Shown here piece after piece: positions 21,201 through 30,919 of a stretch of 32,000 nt of DNA. The first letter of the stretch is position 1; every line of letters starts with the position of its first letter. The notes beneath the pieces are model-generated. The model did no database searches and had not been told where the DNA came from. It saw only the letters and a program-made list of their open reading frames with translations. Origin of the DNA: Wallemia ichthyophaga EXF-994 (Eukaryota; Fungi; Basidiomycota); contig NW_008806297.1 of the NCBI RefSeq assembly GCF_000400465.1, positions 60,524-92,523 of the forward strand. Reading direction: 5' to 3'. Position numbers and translations under genes: made by a program.

Positions 21201-21647
21201 ACGGCCTCGTCGCCATATGTCGGCGTCGCCTGTCTGCTGAGCACCTTTGGCTTGTTCTCTTTGGTGCTGCTGGTGCTGTCGGTAGCCGCCTTGGGTATCT
21301 CCCGCGAGGTAATCACGTGTGTCACCTTGTTGGAAAAGAAATCGTCGACGCTCTGAAGCGTGTGGGTTAGGTGAGCGTATAAAACACGGAAACACACTCA
21401 CTGCACCTAGCTTAACAGCCATTTGTACTATGTCCCCCTTTATTCCATTCTCCGGTGGCTTATCAAAGTAGAGAACGATATTCCTAAACGCACGCGTCCA
21501 CTTTCTGATGTAGTCTTGGTCGCCTTGCCTGTCTACCTTGACACGCTTCGTACGCTCACGCTCAGGCTCATGCTCACGATTATTACTCGCCGTCGGCTCG
21601 AGCACCCGCTTCTTTGCGTTTATTGGACGCTTGAATTGGTCATCCAT
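18224..21647 (-). CDS. DBF4: Dbf4/Dfp1-type Cdc7 kinase regulatory subunit, ~1106 aa; introns 21353-21401 and 19331-19384
   Basis: Motif N (WTRAFRNIVLYFD...KLGA|SVDDFFSNKVTHVIT), motif M (YVLVEDASETHRPVLIQEY), and motif C zinc finger KPGYCEICRVKFEDFDR|HIKTSTH, completed only by splicing into the 18224-19264 ORF. Confidence 0.9.
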
Positions 21648-21739
21648 CGACCAGGCCTCTTGCTCTTTTCGACGCGTCGTCGTTACGCGTAAGAGTGTTA
21701 TCAAATAATCATGTAATTATGTGAAAATTGATTTACATT

Positions 21740-22889
21740 TTAAATTACGCGTGGCCCATCTCCGATACACGTTTTTATTATTCTTGACAATCCGTTGCGG
21801 TGTTTAAAGGTGGAGAGGTCTATGTTGATTCCTGATTGGTTGAGGAGGTCAGCGTGATCAGTGGCCCCGTCTCCAAAGAGATCGCTGACTATCGCGAACA
21901 CCATCTCTGTATCCTTCCTCTGGACATAGAGTACAGCATTTGGACCAGCGTCGAAAGTATACGCAGCCACAGCCCTTCCGGCGGCTTGGTTGAGTGCGTG
22001 CACCATACCGATAATCAACCGCGATACATCCGTCAAGTAGAAGATGGGTGGGTGGGTATCCAAGCAGCTTGCGTGGAAGCTATTGCTATCCCTCATGGTG
22101 ATATCAGCAAATTTATCAAAGTCCTTGGCTTTAATAGCGTCGATAATATCTTGCATACGTTTTGGCACCACGTGATCAACTCTATGGCGTAAATAAGGGC
22201 TAGTCTCGACAGTCCTCTGCATTCCAGCAGTCGAGGGGACAGCTTTCTTATCCGCGCTGACGACACAGATGAGAGCATCTAGATCATCCCAATGAGATTG
22301 CGGGGCTATCTCAACAGCACTCGAATCACTGCCATCGTCTAGCTCACCCATATTCCATGCTACGAAGCCGCCAAAGAGAGACCTGCACGCAGAGCCCGAG
22401 CCCTGCCTAGCGATAGCCGATAGCTGGGTGTTTGTGTATGATGGCAGGAATATCTTCCCCAAGGCAAAGACGAGTGCAGCGAAACCTGATGCAGAGGAAG
22501 CGAGACCGGCAGCGGTGGGGAAATTGTTAGTGGAGTGGATAGAGACGGATGTGTGTCTTAAGGAGGAGTCCTCGGTCAACTGCCTCATAAGCTTGAGTAC
22601 ATTTCCAAGTCTCTCGCCAATCGCGGTTTCTTCATCGTTGAGAGTGAGTGTGTCTACGTGGGTATCCTCTGTAAGGTGTACACGCGTCTTTGAACACATG
22701 TCATCCTGTGAGAGAGTTACACTGAGCGAGCTGTTTGTAGGCAGATTCAATTTAACGTCGCGCTTTCCCCAGTACCTGGAATTGATCAATTGGGATTGAG
22801 AATAAAAATATTTAAATAGCTCACTTGATTACTGCGATGTTTACTGGCGCTGTTACGCTGATTTCTTTGGTTGCCGTCCTCGCGGACAT
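21740..22889 (-). CDS. MVD1: Diphosphomevalonate decarboxylase (~366 aa), intron 22776-22824
   Basis: TAPVNIAVIK|YWGKRD, LPTNSSLSVTL, NNFPTAAGLASSASGFAAL, ARQGSGSACRSLFGGF, DSNSFHASCLDT, AYTFDAGPNAV. Confidence 0.97.
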
Positions 22890-22909
22890 GGTCGTTGGTT
22901 TCAACGGTC

Positions 22910-25254
22910 ATGGCCCCAAATCAAAAGCCACAAAAGCCGCAATCTAAACGCAAGAGATCAGATCTCAACTGGAAGAAAGTTGATCATAAATTCGACGATG
23001 CTCTCGGTGATGGATGGATGGGATTGGAAGAAATTGAAGGCGTCGACGTTGATTTCCACGAGGGACACTCTGGAGAGCGTATAGTACAGCTCAAGGTGGG
23101 TGTAGGCGGTGTGTATCTCCCATCTCTAACCATCTCCCGCCATCTCCAGCCAACGTCACTCGAAAACGTCGTCGATGTCCCTTTCGTCGAGGATGACGAG
23201 CCAGCTGGTGCTTTGGAGAACACGGCCGACGACGCTGAACAGCCCGCAAAGAAAAAATCAAGAAAAGAGCAAATCAAGTCCGATAAGCGTCAGGCAGCAA
23301 AGAAGAAGCGTGCATCTGCCAAGCAAGCGAAGAGGGAGGAAGCGGAGGCTAACCAAGATAAGAATAAGGAACCTGAGGAAGCCGAGGAACCACAATACAA
23401 CGCTGCAGTCTCAAAGATGCCTGAATGGTCACCAGATAATCTAAACATCGCTAAAGGCCTCCCACCAGCACTCCTTCACACTCTACACTCCAACTCCATC
23501 ACTACACCCACTCCCATCCAGAAAGAATCCCTGAAATCATCCCTCATTAGGAAAGATGTTATAGGTGTCGCTGAAACTGGCTCTGGAAAGACTCTAGCTT
23601 ATGGTTTACCCATTTTATCGAGGATTTTAGAGGGCGAGATCCCTGCTGAGGCTCTTGCTGCGCTTATTCTCTGCCCCACACGTGAATTGGCATTGCAAGT
23701 GGCTGGTGAATTGAGAAAGTTTGCTCCACAAGTAAGTCATGTGAGTAGGAGGGTGAACATCGCCACTGTGGTTGGTGGTATGTCTATACAGAAGCAGCAG
23801 AGACAGCTCGTCCATGCCAACATCGTTGTCGCAACTCCAGGTCGTTTATGGGAGGTGCTGATGGATGTGAGTGGGGTTTTCCTATCTGAGACACGCTAAC
23901 AAACACACTCAGAATGGCACTCTCGCTAAACGTGCGATTAGAAGCCAATTTTTGGTCATCGACGAGGCTGATCGCATGATTGAGGCTGGTCATTTCGAGG
24001 AAATGGACAAAATACTGCGCATGACTCAGCGTACTTCCAAATCCTCAACTGCGCCTTTCCAGGATGAGTTTGAGTCGACTGAGATTGGTCTGCCTGAAGA
24101 GGTTCCTGCGACTGACGATATGCAAACGATGGTGTTTTCAGCCACCCTCTCTAAAGACCTTCAGCAGAATCTCAAGCGGAAGCGCAAAGCAGGGAGTGGG
24201 AAGAAGCAATCCACAGTCAAAACGTCTTTAGACGATCTCTTGATGAGGCTAGATTTCCGCGATCACGAGCCGACGATAATAGATCTATCGCCAGTGAACA
24301 GGGTGGTATCGACGCTGGAGGAAGCGCGTATAGACTGTCTATCCACGGACAAAGATCTCTATCTATACTATTTCCTACTGCGGTACCCGGGCAAGACTTT
24401 AGTGTTTGTGTCGTCGATAGACGCTATAAGACGACTAGTGCCGCTATTCGAGACACTCAAACAACACGTCTTCCCTCTCCACTCGGGACTACAGCAACGT
24501 CAGCGTCTTCGCAACTTTGACAGATTCAAAACACTACCACAAGCAGTGATGATAGCTACCGATGTCGCTGCGCGTGGGCTGGATGTGCCAGCCGTTGACC
24601 ACGTCGTGCACTACCAGGTACCGCGTACAGCCGACGCATACATTCACCGCAGCGGTAGGACAGCGCGTGCGCAGCGGAGCGGGTTGGCTGTGCTGCTTGT
24701 CTCGCCTGAGGAGAGACGCATGGCGAATGACCTCCTGCGCCAGCTGAACAGAGGTGAGTTGAGTACTATTCTGCACACTCCACGCTAACATTGACACCTA
24801 AGACACCGGCCTCGCACAGCTCCAGATACACTTCAACATCCTCGATCAACTTAAGGGACGCATCAACCTGGCTAAGAAGATTGATGAGACTACGCACAAA
24901 ACTAGCAAGGCCAAGTACGACGCGGGGTGGGAGAAGGAGGCTGCTGAAGCGCTCGGAGTGGAGTTGGACAGCGACCATGAAGAGACGCAGTACAATTCTC
25001 GCGGACAGAAGAAGAAGAAGGCAGCCCATTCTCACCTCGACGAGCGAGAAGAAGGTACCTTGTACAAGCAGAAGGAGGAGCTGAAGAGGAAACTTGCTCA
25101 GCCACTCATGAGCAGGGGCATTAGCAGCAAATATCTCACGACAAACGAGTCCTCGTTGGCACATGAGCTGGTGCACGATGAACACCACAAAAATATACTC
25201 GGTGCAAACACAAACAAAGCCACAAACGACGTGCGTAAAGGAGGCAAGAAGTAA
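22910..25254 (+). CDS. MAK5: ATP-dependent DEAD-box RNA helicase Mak5/DDX24 (~731 aa); introns 23096-23149 (probable), 23867-23912, 24754-24802
   Basis: N-terminal LNWKKV...LEEIEGVDV; Q motif PTPIQ; AETGSGKT; PTRELA; TPGRL; DEAD; MVFSATL; ARGLD; HRSGRTAR; C-terminal [12 protein letters not shown]. Confidence 0.93.
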
Positions 25255-25345
25255 GAAGCAGACGATGCGATGGGTACACGTCATGGAATATAATTTATAA
25301 TTTATAATTTATAGATTTACACTATTTATTTCCTTCTCGTTAACA

Positions 25346-25816
25346 ATGGAGAACGACGCTTCACTAGAGCTAGAAAGGGAACCATTGGAGGCGTCCAACG
25401 CAGGCACAAGCGACGAGACGACGTGGTTCGAGAAAGAGAAGGAGCGGCTGAGCAGAGAGATAGCGGGTGTGAGGGTGGCTAGTAGCGCGTCTATCATACT
25501 AACATACGCACAGGAATTTGAACAAGCGCTGAATAACTCCAATATGCTTGGAAGGCGTTTGGAGGAGGTTCTCGGCGTTGGGAAGGAATTCAAGACGATC
25601 GCTGCGCTTTGGGGGGTTTTCGGGAATATCGTAGGCACGCGCCCGGCAGACGGCGTGGAGGATGGCGGGCGGAGTGTGGTGCAGGGCGTGAGTGGGAATG
25701 GAGGTAATGAATTTGGTGGCGGTGATAGTGGCGTTGGTAGTGGCATACCGGGCACTGGATCATCGAATTACTACGCCTCTGCATCTGCATCTGCAGCTAC
25801 TTCGAGAGCCGTGTAG
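25346..25816 (+). CDS. DAD1: DASH/Dam1 complex subunit Dad1 (~141 aa), probable in-frame intron 25469-25513
   Basis: WFEKEKERLSREIA...EQALNNSNMLGRRLEEVLGVGKEFKTIAALWGVF matches the Dad1 core. GTGAGG...ACTAAC...CAG interrupts that helix. Confidence 0.85.
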   Translation: MENDASLELEREPLEASNAGTSDETTWFEKEKERLSREIAGVRVASSASIILTYAQEFEQALNNSNMLGRRLEEVLGVGKEFKTIAALWGVFGNIVGTRPADGVEDGGRSVVQGVSGNGGNEFGGGDSGVGSGIPGTGSSNYYASASASAATSRAV

Positions 25817-25896
25817 GCGCACGGGCGCTGGCGCGTAGGCATATGCTGTGTATAAATGTTGTAATATAATCATCTACACCTTATCCATCACCACCA

Positions 25897-26711
25897 ATGT
25901 CAAATAACGCAGATTGTCGGTTTGTAGTGATGCGCACTCACGCACTCACACCCCACCCAGATAAACTCATTTACTGGCCTATCCCCGGCCGCGGCGAGTT
26001 CATACGTTTGTGTCTCGAGCACGCCGGCGCTAGCTGGACAGACACGCCTGGCGGAGTAGACGAGGTGCTTTCGTACGTGAATGGCAGTGGTGAGCATAGG
26101 ACAGCGACACACACACCTCCTCACACACCACAGCCGACCTCGGCGCGAACCCCGCTCCACTTGCCCCGCCGATCCTGAAAGACGAGAAGAATGGCGTCAT
26201 ACTCTCGCAAACTGCCGCCATCCTCATGTACATGGCACCCAAATTGGGTCTAGACGGCGGGAAACAACACATGCATACAGCGCAACACGCACTCACTGGG
26301 CTCGACTTCAATGACGAAGTGCACAACACGCACCACCCCATCGGCTCAGCACTCTACTACGAGGACCAGAAGAACGAGGCTGCGCGCTACACGGAAGTGT
26401 TCCGCAGGGAGCGCATTCCCAAGTTCCTCACCTACCTCGATACGAATCTTGGGAGAAACACACAAACTGACAAGCATCTCACTGGAGATTCCATTACTTA
26501 CGCCGATTACGTCTGGTGGCAGGTGCTAGACGGCCTCTTTTACTCCTTCCCTAAGCGCATGCACGCCCTTCTGCCAACTTACACCAACATCAAGCCTTTC
26601 TACGATAACATCAAGTCACAGCCACGCATAGCTGCGTACCTGGCCTCTGAAAGAAGGCTGCCATACTCGCAAGGTGTTTTCAGATATTATGCTGAGCTTG
26701 ACAAAGCGTGA
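25897..26711 (+). CDS. Glutathione S-transferase (~241 aa); introns 25916-25960 (probable) and 26090-26133
   Basis: YKLIYWPIPGRGEFIRLCLE, APLAPPILK, SQTAAILMY (SQT GST motif), DEVHNTHHP, YEDQK, N-cap ITYADY, RLPYSQGVFRYYAELD. Confidence 0.92.
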
Positions 26712-26791
26712 GTGTGTCAATATTAGTAGACATAGCGTGAATGTAAAGTCATATGTAAAGAGATGTAGAAACATTGTATTTGACCATTCAA

Positions 26792-27796
26792 TCACTTACG
26801 TTCATTGAATGGATTGTGCGTATACTCATCTTCCTCTTCCTCGTGCGGCGTGCTGTTGTTGCGCTTGTGCTGGCTGAGGTCGATTTCACGTCTAGGAAGG
26901 AATCCCAAGTTTGTAAAGTCTGCTGATTTGTCGTTGCCATTCGAATTAACACTCATAGACTGTCTGTTGTTCTCCTTGGCTCTGCGGTGTATAGCGGGAT
27001 CGTAGTGGTGAGCGTAAGGGTCTTCCAGCTTAATTGGAGTTGGCTTTGGCTGTCCCTCTTCCTGCTCGCCATAATTTGTCATCGAACTCCAGAAATCGTT
27101 TAGATGCTTCTTACTCGTCCAAGCCAATTCCGAGAAAGCGCTTGCAATATCGCTAAAGTTAAAACCAGGTTCGAGAGAATCAGCCTTCTCATGTTGCTTC
27201 TGGTGCTCCTCCTCATACTCCCTCTCATTCCTGCGTCTAGGCTTGCGTGGCTCGTACGCAAGGTCGTCGTACGGCGTAGATGAAGCCCTGCCATTCCTCT
27301 CAAAATCCATCGCTTGTAGGCGTCGCGCGAGCGCTTCATCATCGTCCATCTGCCTCATTTGTGATACTGGCCTCGCTGGTTTTGGCGCTGTGTGTGTGAT
27401 GTGTGTGCTGTGTGTTGGGTCACTCATCTGCAATAGCTTCTCCACTGCCCTCTCCTGTGAGCTGGATGATTCGAGCACTGAAATTATAATTTCCTTGTCA
27501 ATCGATGGGAACATTATCGACATTGCGTTTACTTTCTCCTGCGTGGCTTTGTCGCTGTGTGCGGGGTGTGGGGAGTGTGGTTGCTCTGGTTGTTCTGATT
27601 GCTGAAACTGCTCTGGTTGCTCTGTTTGCTCCTTCTGCTCTGGTTGCTCACGCTCTGGCTCCCTCTCTTGATGCGTAGTGGGAAGCGCTGGCTGGACAGG
27701 AACATTTGCCTCGCCTGTCTCTTGGGCGTTTCTGGTTGGCTGTGCCTGTGGTTCAGCGTGTGGTTGTGCGTCGCTTGGTTCCTGGAAATCACTCAT
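26792..27796 (-). CDS. CUE-domain ubiquitin-binding protein (Cue5-like, ~334 aa)
   Basis: MFPSIDKEIIISVLE...AVEKLLQMSD (MFP and LL CUE motifs), QMDDDEALARRLQ (UIM-like/DUF3245-type motif), C-terminal NPF. Confidence 0.85.
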   Translation of the reverse strand: MSDFQEPSDAQPHAEPQAQPTRNAQETGEANVPVQPALPTTHQEREPEREQPEQKEQTEQPEQFQQSEQPEQPHSPHPAHSDKATQEKVNAMSIMFPSIDKEIIISVLESSSSQERAVEKLLQMSDPTHSTHITHTAPKPARPVSQMRQMDDDEALARRLQAMDFERNGRASSTPYDDLAYEPRKPRRRNEREYEEEHQKQHEKADSLEPGFNFSDIASAFSELAWTSKKHLNDFWSSMTNYGEQEEGQPKPTPIKLEDPYAHHYDPAIHRRAKENNRQSMSVNSNGNDKSADFTNLGFLPRREIDLSQHKRNNSTPHEEEEDEYTHNPFNERK

Positions 27797-27954
27797 GACT
27801 GTACGAGACAAGGCACGAAAGAAATATCTTTATTTTCATCTTCATGTATAAAACTACATACAAAACTACTGCAATACATTTTGTTTTTCTTTATTCGTTG
27901 CGTTGAGTCGTTGGATTTGATTCGTTGATTCGTTTTGTTCCTATTAGTAGGGCG

Positions 27955-28860
27955 CTATTGCTGCATGCGCTCACCATCTAATCTCATCTGCAACGCCTTC
28001 AACTGGTCAAGAGCACGACGTTCGCCAGCAAACGCCTCATCTCTCTCCATCCTCAGCGCATCCTTCTCCTTCTCAATCTCATTAACCTTATCTTCGAGTA
28101 ACTCAAACGCCTCCCTTTTCCTCTGTCTTGAAAGGAACGCTGCTGCTCTATTTTTCAACAATCTAGCCTCCTTTTTAGGCAAGTTGGACGTGTCTGGCGG
28201 GACGAACTGCGACGAATGTGCTGTTTTCTGTATCTTTGGTAGTTCTATATTCTCCAATTCCGCGTCCATGACTGAGGATCTTCTGCTACTCGTTGATCCC
28301 GCTGGAGAGACTGATCTTTTGCGCTTGATTTGTGGGGAAAGTGCCTTTTGTTTCGACTTGCTCCCACCTGCATTCTTCCTAGAAGAGCGTTTGGGGGTGG
28401 GTTTAGTGGTTGCATCGCTGTCGTCGTCTGAGGCTGAGGCATATGCTGAGTCTAGTTCTACGTGCTGGTCATGATGCTGATGCTGCTGTTGCTGCTCTTG
28501 CTCCGGTTGCTCTGACTGCTCTTTCTCCACCTGCTCCTCCGATCCATGTGGGTGAATCGATGGATTGGACAGAGCTGCTGGTGGTTGGAAGAACATGCTC
28601 GGTGGCAAACTCTCTACGGGGACAATCTCATCCATCGGCTCCGTCTTTATTTGCGGGGTGTTTCGGTTGTAATCGAACCACGAGTAAGGGAGATCGCTGT
28701 CTATAGATTCACCGCCCTGATGCGGAGATAAGAAATCGTGAAAACTGTCGTAGTCGACGTTGTTGTGCGGGTTCTTGAGATTGGCTGCGGATTGAGTAAA
28801 TGCGTCGAGATCACTGCCAAGGAGATTGCTGAGATCAAAGTTCTCCAATGTAAATGCCAT
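27955..28860 (-). CDS. bZIP transcription factor (~301 aa; alternative C-terminus possible)
   Basis: Basic region KKEARLLKNRAAAFLSRQRKRE followed by a heptad zipper (LLEDKVNEIEKEKDALRMERD). The N-terminus is acidic and low-complexity. Confidence 0.9.
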   Translation of the reverse strand: MAFTLENFDLSNLLGSDLDAFTQSAANLKNPHNNVDYDSFHDFLSPHQGGESIDSDLPYSWFDYNRNTPQIKTEPMDEIVPVESLPPSMFFQPPAALSNPSIHPHGSEEQVEKEQSEQPEQEQQQQHQHHDQHVELDSAYASASDDDSDATTKPTPKRSSRKNAGGSKSKQKALSPQIKRKRSVSPAGSTSSRRSSVMDAELENIELPKIQKTAHSSQFVPPDTSNLPKKEARLLKNRAAAFLSRQRKREAFELLEDKVNEIEKEKDALRMERDEAFAGERRALDQLKALQMRLDGERMQQ

Positions 28861-29219
28861 CTCTCAAATCTCCAAATTTAATTTAGATAATGGTCGTCTA
28901 AGCGTAAGAGTGTTTACCCCAAGGAACACAATAAATGCAGTGCAGCCTAAAGAATTGTTCGACGTCTAAGTGACAGCCGTCAAATGTGATATTTTATTTT
29001 TAATTCTAGAAATATTACTAGTCTATTAAACATCTTCACTGATTCTGTATTTGGTTTGGAATTCGGTATGTTCGGAGCGCGTGACTTTATCGAGGCGGCC
29101 GTGCGTATTCATTGGCTTACATTGAATATTTTACGCCTCTTATTTTTATTAAATAGGGAAATTTCTTAAACTCTACATTGAATTCTTACCTCGGAATTGG
29201 TTAGAACGATAACACAGAT

Positions 29220-29268
29220 TCAGACTATTTGTGATAAGGTGGATAGTCGATAGGGAAACAGCCCTGAC
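29220..29268 (+). other. Fragment of organellar/bacterial-type LSU rRNA (23S/rnl domain II, helices 39-40); probable NUMT
   Basis: TCAGACTATTTGTGATAAGGTGGATAGTCGATAGGGAAACAGCCCTGAC follows the conserved 23S pattern TCAGAC-N8-GATAAG..GTC.A.AGGGAAACAGCCC.GA. The internal stem GACTAT/ATAGTC is preserved. Confidence 0.75.
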
Positions 29269-29395
29269 ACTGTTAAAATTCTTGTATTTTCATTAATCAT
29301 ATAGTAATCTCCTTCATTTGCATAGACTAGTTGATAATTTTAGCTAAATAATGTATCCATCGGGTATATGTACAATCCAATTAATCCAATCTATC

Positions 29396-30575
29396 CTATA
29401 TGATTCCTTTGTAATACTCGTTCTCACTGAATATTGAATCTGTACGCGAATTTGTGCGCAAACTGACGCCCGCGTCCGTCTGCCTATTCTGCTGCTTATA
29501 GCTGTATCCTGCATCCACACCTCTCCTCACTGCAGGAACTGGTGTAGTCAAGTCTGTTTTGCTGTAAATGCTATCCTCATCAAGGTGAGTCAAGTTATTC
29601 AGTGGCTGGGATCCTCTTTGACTATGCTGCCCAACCCTTCCACTACTCGCCGCATTAAGTCCTGCTCCCGTGATTGAGCCTGTATACGGCACTGGGATGT
29701 ATGTTTTATCGAGATCGTTTGTCCTGTTCTGCGTCGACTCATCGTCGTCAATCTCGAATACACTATCTGTACCTTTAACTTTGGGTACGCCTTGAGCGCG
29801 CATCATTAAACGTCTTCTGCGCGCAGCTGTTGAGGAGCGTCTACACCAAAAGAGAACAGCGACTGCGATGACAATGGCTACTGCTGCAACACTACCGAGT
29901 GTACCCCCCACGACTGCACCAACTGAGTAATTATGGTCGCCATCTTCTGATGAATTCTCTTCATTGCTTTTACCGTTTTTATCGGATGGTTTACCCTGGT
30001 TGTTCGTCTCAGTGGGGGTAGGGTGGTCGGATGCATACGACTCTGCATTTTCATATGACCAATTGCCGCTCGCTGGTACTGGTATGGTGGCCCATGGCGG
30101 TACAGCAACATTATCGGTGACCTTGGAGGGGAATTGATCCGAGATATCTAAACCATTATTCCTGCACTTGTAGAAGAAATCATCCACACTGGTTTCGCGG
30201 TTGTGATTGCCTGTGCCACAAAATACACAAGCTTCGGCTAGATTGTAGTAAGGCACAGAACACTCGCAGCTGTCTGGATCAGCGTGATAAGTAGAGTCGT
30301 CTGTGCTGAGACCTCGAGGAGTGGCTGTAGAGTGTTATTCAAGGTTACTGAAAGCTATCTCGCTATTTCAAACCCAGCTCACCTTGACGATTACAAACTT
30401 GAGCTGTATATGCCATTACAGAGCAAGGATTCTCATTATTAGTTAGCCACCAGGAAATATCTTCAGCTTGATAAACACATTGAATAGAACCACCAGCAGC
30501 AACAGCGGCAAGAGAAATGAAAAGAAGGAGTGTGGTTATTTTGAATGTAAAACGAATGACGTTTTCGAACTTCAT
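29396..30575 (-). CDS. Type I membrane protein with signal peptide and Cys-rich ectodomain (~373 aa), intron 30325-30382
   Basis: Signal peptide (LLLFISLAAVAAG); C..W..N..NPCSV..CN and CECSVPYYNLAEACVFC; WA.IPV..SGNWS; TM helix VGAVVGGTLGSVAAVAIVIAVAVLFW followed by RR. This matches an architecture I recall from basidiomycetes. Confidence 0.82.
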
Positions 30576-30919
30576 TTAAGAGCTCTTTATCGCTTTTTAT
30601 CGGGTTTTTAGATTTTTTGGAGAATCTATCTGGTCGAAGCCCTAGAGAAGGGGGAATGGCATCAGAGGACATATTGGGGAGTGAGCGGAATGTGCCACAG
30701 CTAGATAGAAGCGTATACAAGTATTTTATAAGCGCTTTCAATCATTTACAAGTATATTTCATATTGCAAATATATCTTGAAGCAACCAACATAATTGAGG
30801 AGATGTTTGAATACCTGTAATCACATTTGAATTCGCTAATTAAATCTGTTGCCAGATTTATATTTCATCTTCTATTCACCTAAACGTCCTTTCACCAACT
30901 TGCTCCAATACCACCACGC

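Noticed and set aside
18377-21692. Numerous + strand ORFs opposite DBF4 (and similar antisense ORFs opposite the kinesin, ELL, CUE and bZIP genes)
   Set aside because: They are antisense shadows of low-complexity coding sequence with hydrophobic nonsense translations.
23731-23760. GTAAGT and GTGAGT donor-like motifs inside MAK5
   Set aside because: No nearby branch point or acceptor, and the sequence reads as continuous helicase coding region.
27940-28060. Ire1-type unconventional intron in the bZIP mRNA
   Set aside because: No paired stem-loops with the CNG|CNG consensus were found after the zipper. The only candidate intron is GT-AG.
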